From the NCBI GenBank assembly GCA_965238175.1, contig CBDEGZ010000003.1:32001-96000 (forward strand): a stretch of DNA of 64,000 bases. Reading direction: 5' to 3'. Each line of letters starts with the position of its first letter. Position 1 is the stretch's first letter. This DNA is from Gammaproteobacteria bacterium (lineage in GTDB: Bacteria > Pseudomonadota > Gammaproteobacteria > CAJXQU01). This document shows positions 1-12,693 of the stretch, one piece after another. The position numbers and the translations under genes were made by a program. Under the pieces are notes generated by a model, which was not told the DNA's origin, searched no databases, and saw nothing but the letters and a program-made list of their open reading frames with translations.

Positions 1-1086
1 TTTATTTTCTTTATTTAAAGCTGCACTTAGTTCGCCATTGACCCAGTTTGCGGTGAGTTTTGTTTCGCCGTTTGCAGATTTGATCGCGGTTTCAAAATAA
101 TCGGCCAGTTCACGATCAGAAGTAAGCAATCCGGCATCGTAGGCAGATAATTCGAGTTCTTCCTCGAAGCGTTTTTTACGTGCGTCTGGCAACTCAGGTA
201 ATGTTGCGCGAACTTCATCAAGTAATTTTTGAGTGATTTGTACGGGTAACAAATCAGGATCCGGGAAGTAGCGATAATCATTGGCTTCTTCCTTGCTGCG
301 CATGGAACGGGTTTCATCTTTATCGGCATCGTAGAGGCGCGTTTCTTGCGTGATGCGACCGCCAGATTCGAGTACATCAATTTGACGATCGACTTCGTAA
401 TTGATCGCTTTTTCAATGTTGCGAAATGAGTTGATGTTCTTTAATTCTGTCCGTGTACCGAGTTCTTGCTGACCTTTGGGACGGATCGAAACATTCGCAT
501 CACAACGGAATGATCCTTCTGCCATGTTGCCATCACAAATACCGATGTAACGCACAATAGAATGGATCTTTTTCATGTAGGCAACGGCCTGTTGAGGTGA
601 ACGCATATCGGGTTCTGAGACGATTTCCAACAGCGGTGTTCCAGCACGATTGAGATCAATTCCTGTCATGCCTTGATAATCTTCATGTAGCGATTTTCCG
701 GCATCTTCTTCGAGATGCGCGCGGGTAATTCCAACACGAATCGGTTTGCCCTCTTCAACTTCAATGCCGGTATAACCAAGCCCGACGATCGGTTTCTCAA
801 ACTGACTAATTTGATAGCCTTTGGGCAGATCTGGATAGAAATAATTTTTACGCGCAAAAATGGAAAACTCATCAATTTGTGCATCTATAGCTAAACCAAA
901 TTTTACCGCCATGCGAACGACTTCTTTATTGAGTACAGGCAAAACACCGGGTAACCCTAGATCTACCACACATGCTTGTGTGTTTGGTTCTGCACCATAG
1001 GCAATCGAGGCGCCCGAAAAAATTTTACTATTGGTTGCCAGTTGCGCGTGAATTTCGAGTCCAAGTACGGTTTCCCATTCCATCAT
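1..1086 (-). CDS. gatB: Asp-tRNA(Asn)/Glu-tRNA(Gln) amidotransferase subunit B (3' part runs off the window)
   Basis: Not in the ORF track. Manual minus-strand translation from 1086 gives [16 protein letters not shown]..., with [18 protein letters not shown] and [26 protein letters not shown]; follows gatA. Confidence 0.96.
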   Translation of the reverse strand, partial: MMEWETVLGLEIHAQLATNSKIFSGASIAYGAEPNTQACVVDLGLPGVLPVLNKEVVRMAVKFGLAIDAQIDEFSIFARKNYFYPDLPKGYQISQFEKPIVGLGYTGIEVEEGKPIRVGITRAHLEEDAGKSLHEDYQGMTGIDLNRAGTPLLEIVSEPDMRSPQQAVAYMKKIHSIVRYIGICDGNMAEGSFRCDANVSIRPKGQQELGTRTELKNINSFRNIEKAINYEVDRQIDVLESGGRITQETRLYDADKDETRSMRSKEEANDYRYFPDPDLLPVQITQKLLDEVRATLPELPDARKKRFEEELELSAYDAGLLTSDRELADYFETAIKSANGETKLTANWVNGELSAALNKENK

Positions 1087-1095
1087 AAATTCTCC

Positions 1096-2556
1096 TTACT
1101 GAAAGCCGTCAGGTGTTTGGTCATGCCAATCAGTTGTTTGTTGAAACTGATGAGCAATATTTAATAATTTGGCTTCCTGGAAATAATTTCCGATCAACTG
1201 TAGACCGACTGGCAATCCATTAACTTGTCCAGCAGGGATCGACATACCGGGTAGACCTGCCAGGTTGAGAGAGGTTGTGTAGATGTCGGCAAGATACATA
1301 CTGGTCGGATCACCATCTTCCGACAATTCACCTATTTTAAATGCGGTGGAAGGAGAGGTCGGCCCCATGATCACATCCACATCTTCAAAAGCGGCTTTGA
1401 AGTCTTCGCTGATCAAGCGTCTAATCTGTTGCGCTTTAAGATAATAAGCATCGTAATAACCTGCTGATAATGCATACGCACCGATCATAATCCGGCGCTT
1501 AACTTCTTCGCCGAAAGCTTCACCACGAGAACGAGAATAAAGGTCATTCAGATCTTTAGGATCTTCACAACGATAACCGAAACGAACACCATCCATACGT
1601 GAAAGATTTGATGAACATTCCGCAGGTGCGATTACATAATATGCGGGGATGCTCAAACTGGTATTCGGTAAGCTAATCTCTTTTACAGTTGCACCAAGCT
1701 TTTCATATTCTTTGATGGCAGCATCTATTATGCTGGCAATATTCGCATCCAAACCATCACTGAAATATTCTTTCGGTAAGCCGATCTTCAAACCTTCAAG
1801 GCGATCCTTTAAGGAGCGAGTGTAATCTTCACCCTCCTTGTCATAAGAAGTTGAGTCTTTTTCATCAAAACCAGTCATGACATTTAGCATGATTGCCGCA
1901 TCTTCCGCTGTGCGCGTCATTGGGCCACCTTGATCAAGACTCGATGCAAACGCAATCATGCCAAAGCGAGAAACTGCGCCGTAGGTGGGTTTGATACCCG
2001 TTATTCCACACAAAGATGCTGGCTGCCTGATTGAACCACCCGTATCAGTACCGGTTGCGACTGGTGTTAGACGAGCTGCAACAGCAGCGGCTGATCCCCC
2101 CGAGGAACCACCAGGAACTCTGTCAGTATCCCAGGGATTTTTTACGGTTCCGTAATAGCTGGATTCATTCGTCGAGCCCATGGCAAATTCATCCAGGTTA
2201 GTTTTACCCAGCATGACCATCCCAGCAGTATTAATTTTGCTCACAACCGTCGCATCATAGGGCGCGATAAATTTGTCGAGCATTTTTGATCCGCAAGAGG
2301 TTCTGATGCCATTGGTGCAGAAAATATCTTTTTGTGCCAGTGGTATACCTGTTAATGGACCCGCATTTCCAGCAGCAATTATTTGATCCGCTGCTTGAGC
2401 TTGAGAAAGAGCAAGATCTTCTGTCACAGTGATAAAGCTGTTGAGTGATGGATCGTGTTGTTTGATACGATCCAGAAAATGACGAGTCAGTTCTTCGCTG
2501 GAGAAATCTTTATTTTTCAGCGCAGTACTCATCTCTGAGAGAGTTTTGTTATGCAT
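1096..2556 (-). CDS. gatA: Glu-tRNA(Gln) amidotransferase subunit A
   Basis: Amidase signature [36 protein letters not shown]; gatCAB order. Confidence 0.98.
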   Translation of the reverse strand: MHNKTLSEMSTALKNKDFSSEELTRHFLDRIKQHDPSLNSFITVTEDLALSQAQAADQIIAAGNAGPLTGIPLAQKDIFCTNGIRTSCGSKMLDKFIAPYDATVVSKINTAGMVMLGKTNLDEFAMGSTNESSYYGTVKNPWDTDRVPGGSSGGSAAAVAARLTPVATGTDTGGSIRQPASLCGITGIKPTYGAVSRFGMIAFASSLDQGGPMTRTAEDAAIMLNVMTGFDEKDSTSYDKEGEDYTRSLKDRLEGLKIGLPKEYFSDGLDANIASIIDAAIKEYEKLGATVKEISLPNTSLSIPAYYVIAPAECSSNLSRMDGVRFGYRCEDPKDLNDLYSRSRGEAFGEEVKRRIMIGAYALSAGYYDAYYLKAQQIRRLISEDFKAAFEDVDVIMGPTSPSTAFKIGELSEDGDPTSMYLADIYTTSLNLAGLPGMSIPAGQVNGLPVGLQLIGNYFQEAKLLNIAHQFQQTTDWHDQTPDGFQ

Positions 2557-2597
2557 AGTATTTTGATCAGGTGTTTTAATGATTACTCAATTTAGGA

Positions 2598-2885
2598 TCA
2601 TTCGATGACTTTCGGAACAAGATAAAGACCATCTTGAACATTGGGTGCAATGGATTGAAAGTGATCGCGCTGATTAAATTCCGTCACTTCATCCTCACGC
2701 ATTCTGGCGATCAAATCTAATGGGTGGGCGATCGGTTTAATGTTTGTTGTATCAACCGCATTCATTTGATCGACAAATTCGAGAATGCTGGAAAGTTGCG
2801 TCGCAGTTTCATCAATATGTTTAGGGTTGATTTCCAATCGAGCTAAGCGGGCAATTGCTTCAACATCTTCCTTTTTAAGAGACAT
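2598..2885 (-). CDS. gatC: Amidotransferase subunit C
   Basis: 95 aa, IARLARL...YLVPKVIE; first gene of gatCAB. Confidence 0.96.
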   Translation of the reverse strand: MSLKKEDVEAIARLARLEINPKHIDETATQLSSILEFVDQMNAVDTTNIKPIAHPLDLIARMREDEVTEFNQRDHFQSIAPNVQDGLYLVPKVIE

Positions 2886-2959
2886 TTTGTAACCTTAAGT
2901 AGTCAAAAGGAGGCAATTTAACATATTAGGAGCTGTTGAGGTATTTTGCAGCAAGACGC

Positions 2960-3105
2960 CTTAGTAGTACCCTTGAAATTGGCTTGCCAGTGCCCACGGA
3001 CTGCGTTGTGTCTGTGAAAAATAGAACCACTATTTTCAGCAAAACACGCCTTGTCATGAGCATTGTCAAGCTAACTGAATACAACAATATTGACTGGGTA
3101 GAGTA
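2960..3105. repeat. ERIC-like palindromic MITE, partial copy (inner hairpin module plus one terminal repeat)
   Basis: Long imperfect hairpin ttggcttgccagtg...gcgttgtgt...aatag-aacca-ctatt...acacgccttg...cattgtcaagctaa. The end ctgaatacaacaatattgactgggtagagta matches the terminal repeat of the 48162-48404 element. Confidence 0.75.
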
Positions 3106-3150
3106 CTGTTACGCTTGCTGAAAGATGCGACCACTGATAAAGTTCGATGA

Positions 3151-4233
<1,083 letters not shown>

Positions 4234-4241
4234 ATCATGGC

Positions 4242-4281
4242 TGTCTATGTTGTTCGCGTACTAGTAGCGATGACATAGACA
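4242..4281 (+). other. Intergenic stem-loop between mreB and mreC
   Basis: tgtctatgttgttcgc...gcgatgacatagaca imperfect inverted repeat, no U-tract. Confidence 0.45.
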
Positions 4282-4314
4282 AGAAAGACAATAAGGATTC
4301 CGAGTAAGTTAAAG

Positions 4315-5178
4315 ATGAAACCACTCTTTTCAAAACATCTGTTTTTGGGGGCACGATTATTCCTTTGTGTTTTGCTATCGATTGTCTTAATGACAATCGA
4401 TCGTAAGGTTGATTATCTTGAAAGTGTCCGCAGTCACCTTTCATCTATTATTTACCCAGTTCAATATTTGGTCAATCTACCCTTGAAATTTGGAGATTGG
4501 ATGTCTGTATCGTTTGATACTCGTGAGAACTTATTGAAAGAGAATGAAAAGTTAAAAGCTCAGAATCTTTTACTAAAAACACATACACATAAATATCAGT
4601 CGTTAGTCTTGGAAAATCAACGGTTACGAGGTTTGATAGAAGCACCTATTCGCCAGGGTGAGCGAGTACTTGTTGCAGATGTTATGGGAGTAGAGATGGA
4701 TAGTACTACTCGTAAATTTGTTTTGAATAAAGGGTCAAAACAAGGCGTTTTTCTTGGACAACCTATTATTGATTCTCAGGGAATTATGGGGCAAATAGTC
4801 CATGTGGGACAAGCTTCTAGTACAGGGATGATGGTTACTGATGAAGAGCATGCCGTGCCGGTCGAGGTTATTCGTAGTGGTATTCGTGCGATTGCTACCG
4901 GCGAAAGTGTTAATGCTGGAATAAGGTTGGATTATGTGCCTCCCGAATCAGATGTTAAAGAAGGTGATTTGTTAGTTTCTACAGGTATTGGTGGTCATTT
5001 TCCCAAGGGCTACCCAGTAGGGACAGTCAAAAAAGTTACTCTACATCCCGGAGACAGTTTTATGAAGGTTAAAGTTACACCGGTTGCGAATTTGACGAAA
5101 ACCAGAGAGGTGTTACTCATTTGGCCTGGAATTTCAGAGGCTGAACAAACTGAAACTGGCAAGGTAGCTAGGAAGTAA
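4315..5178 (+). CDS. mreC: Rod shape-determining protein MreC
   Basis: N-terminal TM, coiled coil ENQRLRGL, STGIGGHFPKGYPVG; operon position. Confidence 0.96.
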   Translation: MKPLFSKHLFLGARLFLCVLLSIVLMTIDRKVDYLESVRSHLSSIIYPVQYLVNLPLKFGDWMSVSFDTRENLLKENEKLKAQNLLLKTHTHKYQSLVLENQRLRGLIEAPIRQGERVLVADVMGVEMDSTTRKFVLNKGSKQGVFLGQPIIDSQGIMGQIVHVGQASSTGMMVTDEEHAVPVEVIRSGIRAIATGESVNAGIRLDYVPPESDVKEGDLLVSTGIGGHFPKGYPVGTVKKVTLHPGDSFMKVKVTPVANLTKTREVLLIWPGISEAEQTETGKVARK

Positions 5179-5189
5179 TAAGAATTCCC

Positions 5190-5672
5190 ATGACCAACCA
5201 TAATAGCTATTTGATCATATTGTGGACAATATTTGTTGCGTTTTTACTCGCAGCAATGCCACTTCCAGAGTGGATTTCTCACGGGAGACCAGCATGGGTG
5301 GCAATGGTGGTCATTTATTGGTGTATGGCGCTGCCTCAACGAGTAAGTATTGGAACTGCCTGGATTTCGGGACTATTAATGGATGTTCTGCAAGGCTCAT
5401 TATTAGGCCAACATGCGATCGGACTGTCGATTATTGCCTATGTCACGGTCAAGCTACACTTACAAATAAGACAACATCCCTTATATCAACAAGCATTATT
5501 CATAGGCCTTCTGATTTCTGTCTATCTCTGCCTTGTTGTATGGGTAAATGGCATTATTGGTAGACCACCACAATCTTGGTCGTTTTTGATGCCAGTGTTA
5601 ACCAGTATGCTCCTTTGGCCATGGTTATTTGTTATTTTGCGCGATATTCGACGCAGTACTCAGGTCTCATAA
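5190..5672 (+). CDS. mreD: Rod shape-determining protein MreD
   Basis: Hydrophobic 160 aa, RPAW...IYW, GLLMDVLQGSLLGQHA. Confidence 0.95.
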   Translation: MTNHNSYLIILWTIFVAFLLAAMPLPEWISHGRPAWVAMVVIYWCMALPQRVSIGTAWISGLLMDVLQGSLLGQHAIGLSIIAYVTVKLHLQIRQHPLYQQALFIGLLISVYLCLVVWVNGIIGRPPQSWSFLMPVLTSMLLWPWLFVILRDIRRSTQVS

Positions 5673-5691
5673 GATACTACTCCTATAAAAC

Positions 5692-7539
5692 ATGTCCCGA
5701 CTGATACTGAAAAATATCGGCCGTGAAAATCAGATATTTTCCCACCGCGTAATTATCTCATTGATTTTTATGGGATTATTATTTGGTTTTCTAGCTTATC
5801 GTATCGCTGATTTACAAGTAGTACAGCATGATCACTTTACTACCAGATCGAAAGATAATCGTGTGAAAATTCTACCAATAACACCGCCTAGAGGGCTGAT
5901 TTTTAGTCGGGATGGAGTGCTATTAGCGGAAAATATTCCAACATTTAGTTTAGAAGTGATCCCTGAAAAAGCCGGTGATATTGATGAGTTAATTGTTAAT
6001 CTGAATAGCATTATTGGTCTTAGCGGGGAGGAGATCCAACGTTTTAAAAAAGAAATAAAGCGGAAACGGCAATTTGAAAACATTCCGATCAAATATAAAC
6101 TGAGTGAAGATGAAATAGCCCGTTTTTCAGTCAATCAATATCGCTTCCCTGGGGTTGAAGTGACAACACGATTAGTTCGCCATTACCCATATGGTGATGA
6201 TTTTGTGCACATGCTTGGTTACGTGGGTCGCATCAACGAAAAAGAAGAGAAACGATTAGACAAAGCAAATTACAGTGCAACAACTCATATTGGTAAAACT
6301 GGAATTGAAAAATCCTATGAACCACAGCTGCATGGTTTGGTAGGTTACCAACAGGTAGAAATAAATGCTCAGGGTCGAGTTGTACAAATACTTGATCGAC
6401 AACCTCCTTTGCCAGGTCAAGATCTTTATTTGACGATTGATACGCGCCTACAGTCCATAGCTGCTGATGCACTAGGCCAACGACGCGGAGCTGTCGTTGC
6501 GATTGATCCTAATACAGGAGCTGTGTTGGCGATGGTAAGCTATCCCAGTTACAATCCAAACTGGTTTGTTAATGGGATTAGTACGGATCGTTATCAAAAA
6601 TTAAGTCAGTCTTCAAACAGGCCTTTATTTAATCGCGCCTTACAGGGGCAATACCCTCCGGGATCAACAATCAAGCCTTTCATAGCAATGGCTGCGCGTT
6701 ATTATGGTGTCCGAGATGAGCATGATCATACACATTGCCCTGGCTGGTTTAGCTTACCAGGTAGCACTCATCGATATCGTTGCTGGAATAAAACGGGACA
6801 CGGGGGAGTTAATTTACAAAGATCTATTATTGAATCCTGTGATGTATTTTATTACGAGCTTGCACAGACCTTGGGTATCGATAAAATACACAACTACCTT
6901 CAAGGCTTTGGTCTCGGTAAAGTTTCGGGTGTTGATCTATCTAGTGAAGCACAAGGTTTGTTGCCATCAAGTGAGTGGAAATTGAGAACCAAAGATTCCG
7001 CCTGGTACCCTGGTGAAACCTTGATTACAGGAATTGGTCAAGGTTATATGTTAACGACTCCTTTTCAGTTAGCTTCTGCTACTGCAACCCTGAGTATGGA
7101 TGGTCATCGAGTTGTTCCGCGGCTCGTTGGACAAATGGAAGATCCGGCAACAGGGAAATCCGGTGATCTATTATCAGAACTGCCGACAAAAGTTGTAAAA
7201 GCTGAAGAAGGTGATTGGCGCATAATTAAACAAGCTATGAGAGAGGTTGTTTTGGGCAAAAGAGGCACTGCTCGAAAAGTTGGAGCAGGTGCTTATTATG
7301 AGTTTGCGGGGAAAACGGGAACATCGCAGGTTTTTGGACTGAAACAGATTGCCGAAGAAAATGCTGATAAGGATGAGATCCCAGAGCGTCTGAGAGATCA
7401 TGCTTTGTTTATTGCTTTTGCTCCGATAAAAGATCCGGTTATTGCCGTTGCAGTTGTTGTCGAAAATGGTGGAAGTGGTGGTCGAACCGCGGGGCCCGTT
7501 GCAAGGAAATTACTCGATTATTACATGGATAATAATTAA
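5692..7539 (+). CDS. mrdA: Penicillin-binding protein 2
   Basis: PPGSTIK (SxxK), SCD, KTGT motifs; after mreD. Confidence 0.96.
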   Translation: MSRLILKNIGRENQIFSHRVIISLIFMGLLFGFLAYRIADLQVVQHDHFTTRSKDNRVKILPITPPRGLIFSRDGVLLAENIPTFSLEVIPEKAGDIDELIVNLNSIIGLSGEEIQRFKKEIKRKRQFENIPIKYKLSEDEIARFSVNQYRFPGVEVTTRLVRHYPYGDDFVHMLGYVGRINEKEEKRLDKANYSATTHIGKTGIEKSYEPQLHGLVGYQQVEINAQGRVVQILDRQPPLPGQDLYLTIDTRLQSIAADALGQRRGAVVAIDPNTGAVLAMVSYPSYNPNWFVNGISTDRYQKLSQSSNRPLFNRALQGQYPPGSTIKPFIAMAARYYGVRDEHDHTHCPGWFSLPGSTHRYRCWNKTGHGGVNLQRSIIESCDVFYYELAQTLGIDKIHNYLQGFGLGKVSGVDLSSEAQGLLPSSEWKLRTKDSAWYPGETLITGIGQGYMLTTPFQLASATATLSMDGHRVVPRLVGQMEDPATGKSGDLLSELPTKVVKAEEGDWRIIKQAMREVVLGKRGTARKVGAGAYYEFAGKTGTSQVFGLKQIAEENADKDEIPERLRDHALFIAFAPIKDPVIAVAVVVENGGSGGRTAGPVARKLLDYYMDNN

Positions 7540-7545
7540 TTCATT

Positions 7546-8640
7546 ATGGTATTACTAAAAAATACTCTGCCAGAAATTCATATTGATGTCCCGTTACTGA
7601 TTGAGTTATTACTTCTTTGTGGTGTTGGATTACTGATCCTCTATAGTGCGGCAGATCAAAAAATGGATATCGTGATACGCCAGTCAGTTCGTCTTGGAAT
7701 AGGCCTGACAGGTATGCTCATCCTTGCACAAATTCCAATGCGCACCCTTATGTGGTGGGCTCCCTGGATCTTTGGTTTAGGATTGTTAATGCTGATCGCA
7801 GTAATGTTCGTCGGGCATATTGGTAAAGGTGCGCAACGTTGGTTAGATCTGAAATTCTTAACGTTTCAACCATCGGAAATTATGAAAATTGCTGTGCCTC
7901 TAATGGTTGCCTGGTACTTAAATGACAAACAGACACCATCTAAGTTAAATAATATATTTATTGGTTTGGTGATCATCATTGTGCCGACTATCTTGATCGC
8001 AAGACAACCCGATTTGGGCACAGCTATCCTGATCGCAGCTTCAGGAGGGTTTGTATTATTCTTATCTGGATTACGCTGGCGACTCATTACGCTTGCTGCA
8101 GTTTTAGGAATGATCGCAGCACCATTGCTTTGGTATGGGATGAAAGATTACCAGAAGCAACGTGTACTGACATTTTTTGATCCTGGTTCTGATCCGCTAG
8201 GTGCAGGTTATCATATAATTCAATCTAAAATCGCCGTCGGTTCAGGAGGACTTTTCGGCAAAGGTTGGCTAAACGGTACACAATCACAGCTGGGGTTTTT
8301 ACCTGAGCGGACCACAGACTTTATTTTTGCAGTTTTTTGCGAGGAGTTCGGTTTTTTAGGCGTTGTCGCGTTGATAGGTCTTTACTGTCTTATAATCTTA
8401 CGTTGCTTATATATGGCCAAACAAGCGCAAGGCACATTTTCGCGTCTGGTTGCAGGTAGCCTTGCGCTTACTTTTTTTACCTATGTATTTGTCAATATGG
8501 GAATGGTGACCGGTCAATTACCTGTTGTCGGTGTACCATTACCCTTGATCAGTTACGGCGGAACATCAATCGTTACCTTGTTGCTAGGTTTTGGTTTGAT
8601 CATGTCTGCATATAGCCACCGAGAACTTATGTCGAGATAA
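7546..8640 (+). CDS. rodA: Rod shape-determining SEDS protein RodA
   Basis: GAQRW, FQPSEIMK, QPDLGT, TDFIF, LPLISYGGTS. Confidence 0.96.
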   Translation: MVLLKNTLPEIHIDVPLLIELLLLCGVGLLILYSAADQKMDIVIRQSVRLGIGLTGMLILAQIPMRTLMWWAPWIFGLGLLMLIAVMFVGHIGKGAQRWLDLKFLTFQPSEIMKIAVPLMVAWYLNDKQTPSKLNNIFIGLVIIIVPTILIARQPDLGTAILIAASGGFVLFLSGLRWRLITLAAVLGMIAAPLLWYGMKDYQKQRVLTFFDPGSDPLGAGYHIIQSKIAVGSGGLFGKGWLNGTQSQLGFLPERTTDFIFAVFCEEFGFLGVVALIGLYCLIILRCLYMAKQAQGTFSRLVAGSLALTFFTYVFVNMGMVTGQLPVVGVPLPLISYGGTSIVTLLLGFGLIMSAYSHRELMSR

Positions 8641-8643
8641 TTT

Positions 8644-9753
8644 ATGTCATACCCAAACCACTTGAAAATGGAACCACTATCCTCGGCATGCACTGCCTTA
8701 TTGCACAACGACTTGGACATGCTGAAATTTGTTTTTCCAAGTGGTCTGGCTATAGGTGTGTTACATAAATTTTTGATTGCTATTTTATTCTTTTTGATTT
8801 CTTCAACAGCTTATGGGGCTGAATTAAATCAAGCAGAACAGAAAAAATTTATTCAGGAAATGGTCAATGAGCACAGTTTCGATAAGCAAGCTCTTGAGCG
8901 TATATTTACAAAAGTGGAGTTACTTGATTATGTTTTAGAAGTAATACAGAAGCCCGCTGAAAAATCAAAAGAGTGGCATGAATATCGAAAAATCTTCTTA
9001 ACACAAGAACGTATCGACAAAGGTGTTTTGTTTTGGCAAGAAAACCGTGATTTGTTAATGGAAGTAGAAAAAGAATATGGCGTTCCTCGCGAAATGATTG
9101 TCGCGATTATTGGAGTGGAAACCTACTATGGAAAATTTAAAGGTAAATATCGTGTCATCGATTCTTTAGCGACACTGGCATTTAATTACCCTAAGCGAGC
9201 GAAATTTTTTCGAAATGAATTAAAGCAGTTTTTGCTTTTCACGCGCAGGTTAAAAATGGATCCATTTTCCCGCATGGGATCTTACGCTGGCGCTATGGGA
9301 ATGCCGCAATTTATGCCGAGTAGCTTTCAGGCTTATGCAATAGATTTTGATCGCGATGATCAAATCAATATTTGGGATAACAAAGCGGATATCTTCGGCA
9401 GTGTAGCGAATTATTTTAAGCGTCATGGCTGGAAAACCGGCGAGCCTGTCGCGGTGCCGACCTGGGTTAAAAATAATGCTAGGCTAGAAAAATTTATTGA
9501 AAAAGGACTTAAACCAACCATTCCATTTGATGAGCTGACAAAGTCTGGCATTCAGACAAAAAGAAATATCGATGGGAATCCTACAAGTAGCCTGCTTGAA
9601 TACAAACAGAAAAATGGTAAGGATTATTGGGTGATCTTCCAGAATTTTTATACGATTACGCGCTATAACCATAGTCCACTCTATGGCATGGCCGTTTATC
9701 AACTCTCTGAGGAGATCAAAGAAGCATACATCCAGTTGGTGCTGATCAAATAA
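8644..9753 (+). CDS. mltB: Lytic murein transglycosylase B (true start probably downstream, e.g. GTG 8758)
   Basis: AIIGVETYYG, GSYAGAMGMPQFMPSS, ITRYNHS. Confidence 0.92.
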   Translation: MSYPNHLKMEPLSSACTALLHNDLDMLKFVFPSGLAIGVLHKFLIAILFFLISSTAYGAELNQAEQKKFIQEMVNEHSFDKQALERIFTKVELLDYVLEVIQKPAEKSKEWHEYRKIFLTQERIDKGVLFWQENRDLLMEVEKEYGVPREMIVAIIGVETYYGKFKGKYRVIDSLATLAFNYPKRAKFFRNELKQFLLFTRRLKMDPFSRMGSYAGAMGMPQFMPSSFQAYAIDFDRDDQINIWDNKADIFGSVANYFKRHGWKTGEPVAVPTWVKNNARLEKFIEKGLKPTIPFDELTKSGIQTKRNIDGNPTSSLLEYKQKNGKDYWVIFQNFYTITRYNHSPLYGMAVYQLSEEIKEAYIQLVLIK

Positions 9754-10664
9754 TGGAACGTCTTTTTGTAAAGTTTTTGATCTGCTTTTTTATAGGCCTT
9801 TCATTAAATGGTTGCGGATCGACTAAGAAGGTTTTTTACCCAACCAGCAAACCCGATCCGGCGATAGATTTATCAAAGATCCCCGATGCAGTTCCTCGAC
9901 ATGAACCAAAAAGTCGTTACGGTAACCCAAAATCGTATGTGGTTTTTGGTCAACGTTATTACACAATGAGCTCAGCTAAAGGTTTCTCTGAAACTGGTGT
10001 TGCTTCTTGGTATGGCCCTAATTTTCATGGCAAAAGAACCTCAAGCCAGGAAGTGTATGACATGAACCAAATGACGGCAGCACATAAAACCATTCCTATT
10101 CCAAGTTATGTCGAAGTGACAAATTTACGTAATGGAAGAAGAATTGTAGTCCGCGTAAATGATCGAGGGCCATTTCATGATAATCGCATTATCGATCTGT
10201 CTTACGTTGCAGCGGCTAAGTTAGATATTGTGAAAGCTGGTACAGGTATGGTTGAAATTCGAGTGATCGATCCCGCTAATCCACATGCTCATCGTCAAAA
10301 ATCAAAACAACCTTCTAACCAAACCTCTGTTCAAATTCATCGTCGGCTTCCTCCCTTGGAACAAACTCAACCACAAGCACCTCCGTCACGCACTAGCGTG
10401 ACTCAGATTCCAGCAGAAAAACAATTATTTATACAACTGGGCGCATTTTCTGAATTAACTAATGCACAGAATTTCAGAAACCGTATTCAAAACAGCCTCA
10501 GCAAAACTTCAAGTACTATTGTCTCAATTGCGACGCTTCCTGTTCAAGGTAAACCATTATACAAGGTCAGAATTGGGCCATTAGCAGATATTGAAACTAG
10601 CGATCGTGTGGTTAAAGATCTCAATGCAGCTGGCCTCTATGATCATCATGTCCTTTTCCAGTAA
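9753..10664 (+). CDS. rlpA: Septal ring lytic transglycosylase lipoprotein RlpA
   Basis: Lipobox LNGC, GVASWYG, TAAHKT, VNDRGPF, C-terminal SPOR (IQLGAFS). Confidence 0.95.
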   Translation: MERLFVKFLICFFIGLSLNGCGSTKKVFYPTSKPDPAIDLSKIPDAVPRHEPKSRYGNPKSYVVFGQRYYTMSSAKGFSETGVASWYGPNFHGKRTSSQEVYDMNQMTAAHKTIPIPSYVEVTNLRNGRRIVVRVNDRGPFHDNRIIDLSYVAAAKLDIVKAGTGMVEIRVIDPANPHAHRQKSKQPSNQTSVQIHRRLPPLEQTQPQAPPSRTSVTQIPAEKQLFIQLGAFSELTNAQNFRNRIQNSLSKTSSTIVSIATLPVQGKPLYKVRIGPLADIETSDRVVKDLNAAGLYDHHVLFQ

Positions 10665-10674
10665 AATCACGCCC

Positions 10675-11811
10675 ATGAATATAAAATCTGTTTTACCTTT
10701 CTTGTTGTTATGTATCACCACTACTGTACAGGCCGTGATTCTACCCGTACCTGCTGCACCCGATGTTAATGCAAAAGCCTATTTATTGGTCGATGTTTTA
10801 ACAGACAAAGTGTTGGCAGATAGAAATGCTACTGATCGAATTGAACCCGCCAGCCTGACAAAAATAATGACCGTCTATGTCGCTGCACATGAATTACGCG
10901 ATGGCAACATTAGCTTGTCGGATGAAGTACTCGTCAGTAAAAAAGCCTGGCAAATGCAAGGCTCGAAAATGTTCATCGAGGTGGGTGATAAGGTCACCGT
11001 CGAAGAATTATTAATGGGGATTGTGGTGCAGTCTGGTAACGATGCCAGTGTTGCACTCGCTGAGCATATATCAGGTACGGAAGAAGTGTTTGCAGTTTTA
11101 ATGAACCTGCGAGCTCAGGAACTGGGCATGAAAGGAACCAATTTTATCAATGCGACTGGCTGGCCAGACGAGGCACATTATACAACAGCTGAAGATCTGT
11201 ATAAATTAACCAAAGCGATAATCACCGAGTTTCCAGAAGATTATGCACGATATAAAATTAAAGAATATACCTACGGCGGCATAACACAACCAAACCGAAA
11301 CAATCTGCTATGGCGCGATAAGACGGTTGATGGTGTTAAAACTGGTCATACAGAATCAGCTGGGTATTGCCTTGTTTCTTCAGGAGTTCAAAAAGGAACT
11401 AGACTGATTTCTATTGTGCTCGGTTCAGCAACAAAAGATTCCAGAATTGATGCCAGTCAAACACTACTAAATTATGGCTTTCGTTTTTTTGAATCGCATA
11501 CCTTAAAAGAAGCGAACAAATCCTTAACGGAGGTTAAGGTTTGGCTAGGAGCCACTGACATACTCAAACTGGGCATCAAGGAAGATCTGAATGTAATGAT
11601 CCCCAGACGGCAATACGAACATCTGCAAGCTAAAATGGATATTGATGCCCAAATCATGGCGCCTGTCGCGGCTGGCGAAGCGTATGGAACGTTGACAGTA
11701 ACTTTGGAAGATAAAGAAATTGCCAGTATTCCACTCATTGCATTGGAATCGATCGAGAAAGCAGGTTTGGTTAAACAACTAATGGACAAAGCCAAGCTTT
11801 TATTAGAATAA
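10675..11811 (+). CDS. dacA: D-alanyl-D-alanine carboxypeptidase (PBP5/6 family)
   Basis: PASLTK, SGNDA, KTGHT; ATG 10675 chosen because it begins the signal peptide. Confidence 0.9.
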   Translation: MNIKSVLPFLLLCITTTVQAVILPVPAAPDVNAKAYLLVDVLTDKVLADRNATDRIEPASLTKIMTVYVAAHELRDGNISLSDEVLVSKKAWQMQGSKMFIEVGDKVTVEELLMGIVVQSGNDASVALAEHISGTEEVFAVLMNLRAQELGMKGTNFINATGWPDEAHYTTAEDLYKLTKAIITEFPEDYARYKIKEYTYGGITQPNRNNLLWRDKTVDGVKTGHTESAGYCLVSSGVQKGTRLISIVLGSATKDSRIDASQTLLNYGFRFFESHTLKEANKSLTEVKVWLGATDILKLGIKEDLNVMIPRRQYEHLQAKMDIDAQIMAPVAAGEAYGTLTVTLEDKEIASIPLIALESIEKAGLVKQLMDKAKLLLE

Positions 11812-11828
11812 AAAGCGACTGAGAAAAA

Positions 11829-12689
11829 ATGTCAGATTCAATTTGTTACTTAAACGGTGAATTTCAACCGCTTGCGAAAGCGGTGGTTCCTGTACTTGAT
11901 CGCGGATTTATCTTTGGTGATGGTATCTACGAAATGATCCCGGTATTTAGTGGGCATGCATTTCGTTTGATTGAGCATCTACAACGCTTGGCAAATAGTC
12001 TCAAGGCGATTTACATTAGCAATCCCAACACAATTAATGAGTGGACAAATTTGATCGATACAATGATCAAAAAGAATGGTGCAGGTCATCAGGCGATTTA
12101 TTTGCAAATAACCCGCGGCGTTGCCGTTCGTGATCATGCTTTTCCAGAAAAATCTGAACCAACCGTTTTTATCATGAGTAATCCTTTACCTGAGTCGCAA
12201 AAAGCACATCCGGTTTCAGCGATTGTCTTGCAGGATCCTCGTTGGAATAGTTGTGACATTAAAGCGATCTCTTTGTTACCCAATGTTTTACTACGACAAC
12301 AAGCAAGAGAAATGGGTGCATATGAGGCAATTTTGATCCGAGATGGACAACTAACCGAAGGCGCTGCAAGTAATGTTTTTGTTATCAAAGACGGGGTGAT
12401 AAAAACACCTCCAAAGGGACCAAGACTATTACCCGGGATCACACGTGATCTGGTGGTTGAGTTGTTACAAAAAGAATCTCGCCCATGTGAGGAAACACAA
12501 ATTACTGAAGTCGAACTTCGTAACGCCGATGAGCTCTGGGTAAGTAGCTCGACAAAAGAAATTTTGCCTGTCACGCAACTGGATGGAAAACCTGTCGGGA
12601 CAGGTGAGCCTGGTTTGATCTGGCAGAGTACAGTCGATTTATATCAATCTTTCAAAGATAGCTTCACTGGAACGGACGCGGCCGCATAA
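11829..12689 (+). CDS. dat: D-amino-acid aminotransferase (PLP class IV)
   Basis: [24 protein letters not shown]; usual position after dacA. Confidence 0.85.
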   Translation: MSDSICYLNGEFQPLAKAVVPVLDRGFIFGDGIYEMIPVFSGHAFRLIEHLQRLANSLKAIYISNPNTINEWTNLIDTMIKKNGAGHQAIYLQITRGVAVRDHAFPEKSEPTVFIMSNPLPESQKAHPVSAIVLQDPRWNSCDIKAISLLPNVLLRQQAREMGAYEAILIRDGQLTEGAASNVFVIKDGVIKTPPKGPRLLPGITRDLVVELLQKESRPCEETQITEVELRNADELWVSSSTKEILPVTQLDGKPVGTGEPGLIWQSTVDLYQSFKDSFTGTDAAA

Positions 12690-12693
12690 CGAT

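Noticed and set aside
27-884. ORF-track entries 27-416 and 666-884
   Set aside because: Alternative-frame shadows of gatB, which the track misses because it has no stop in the window.
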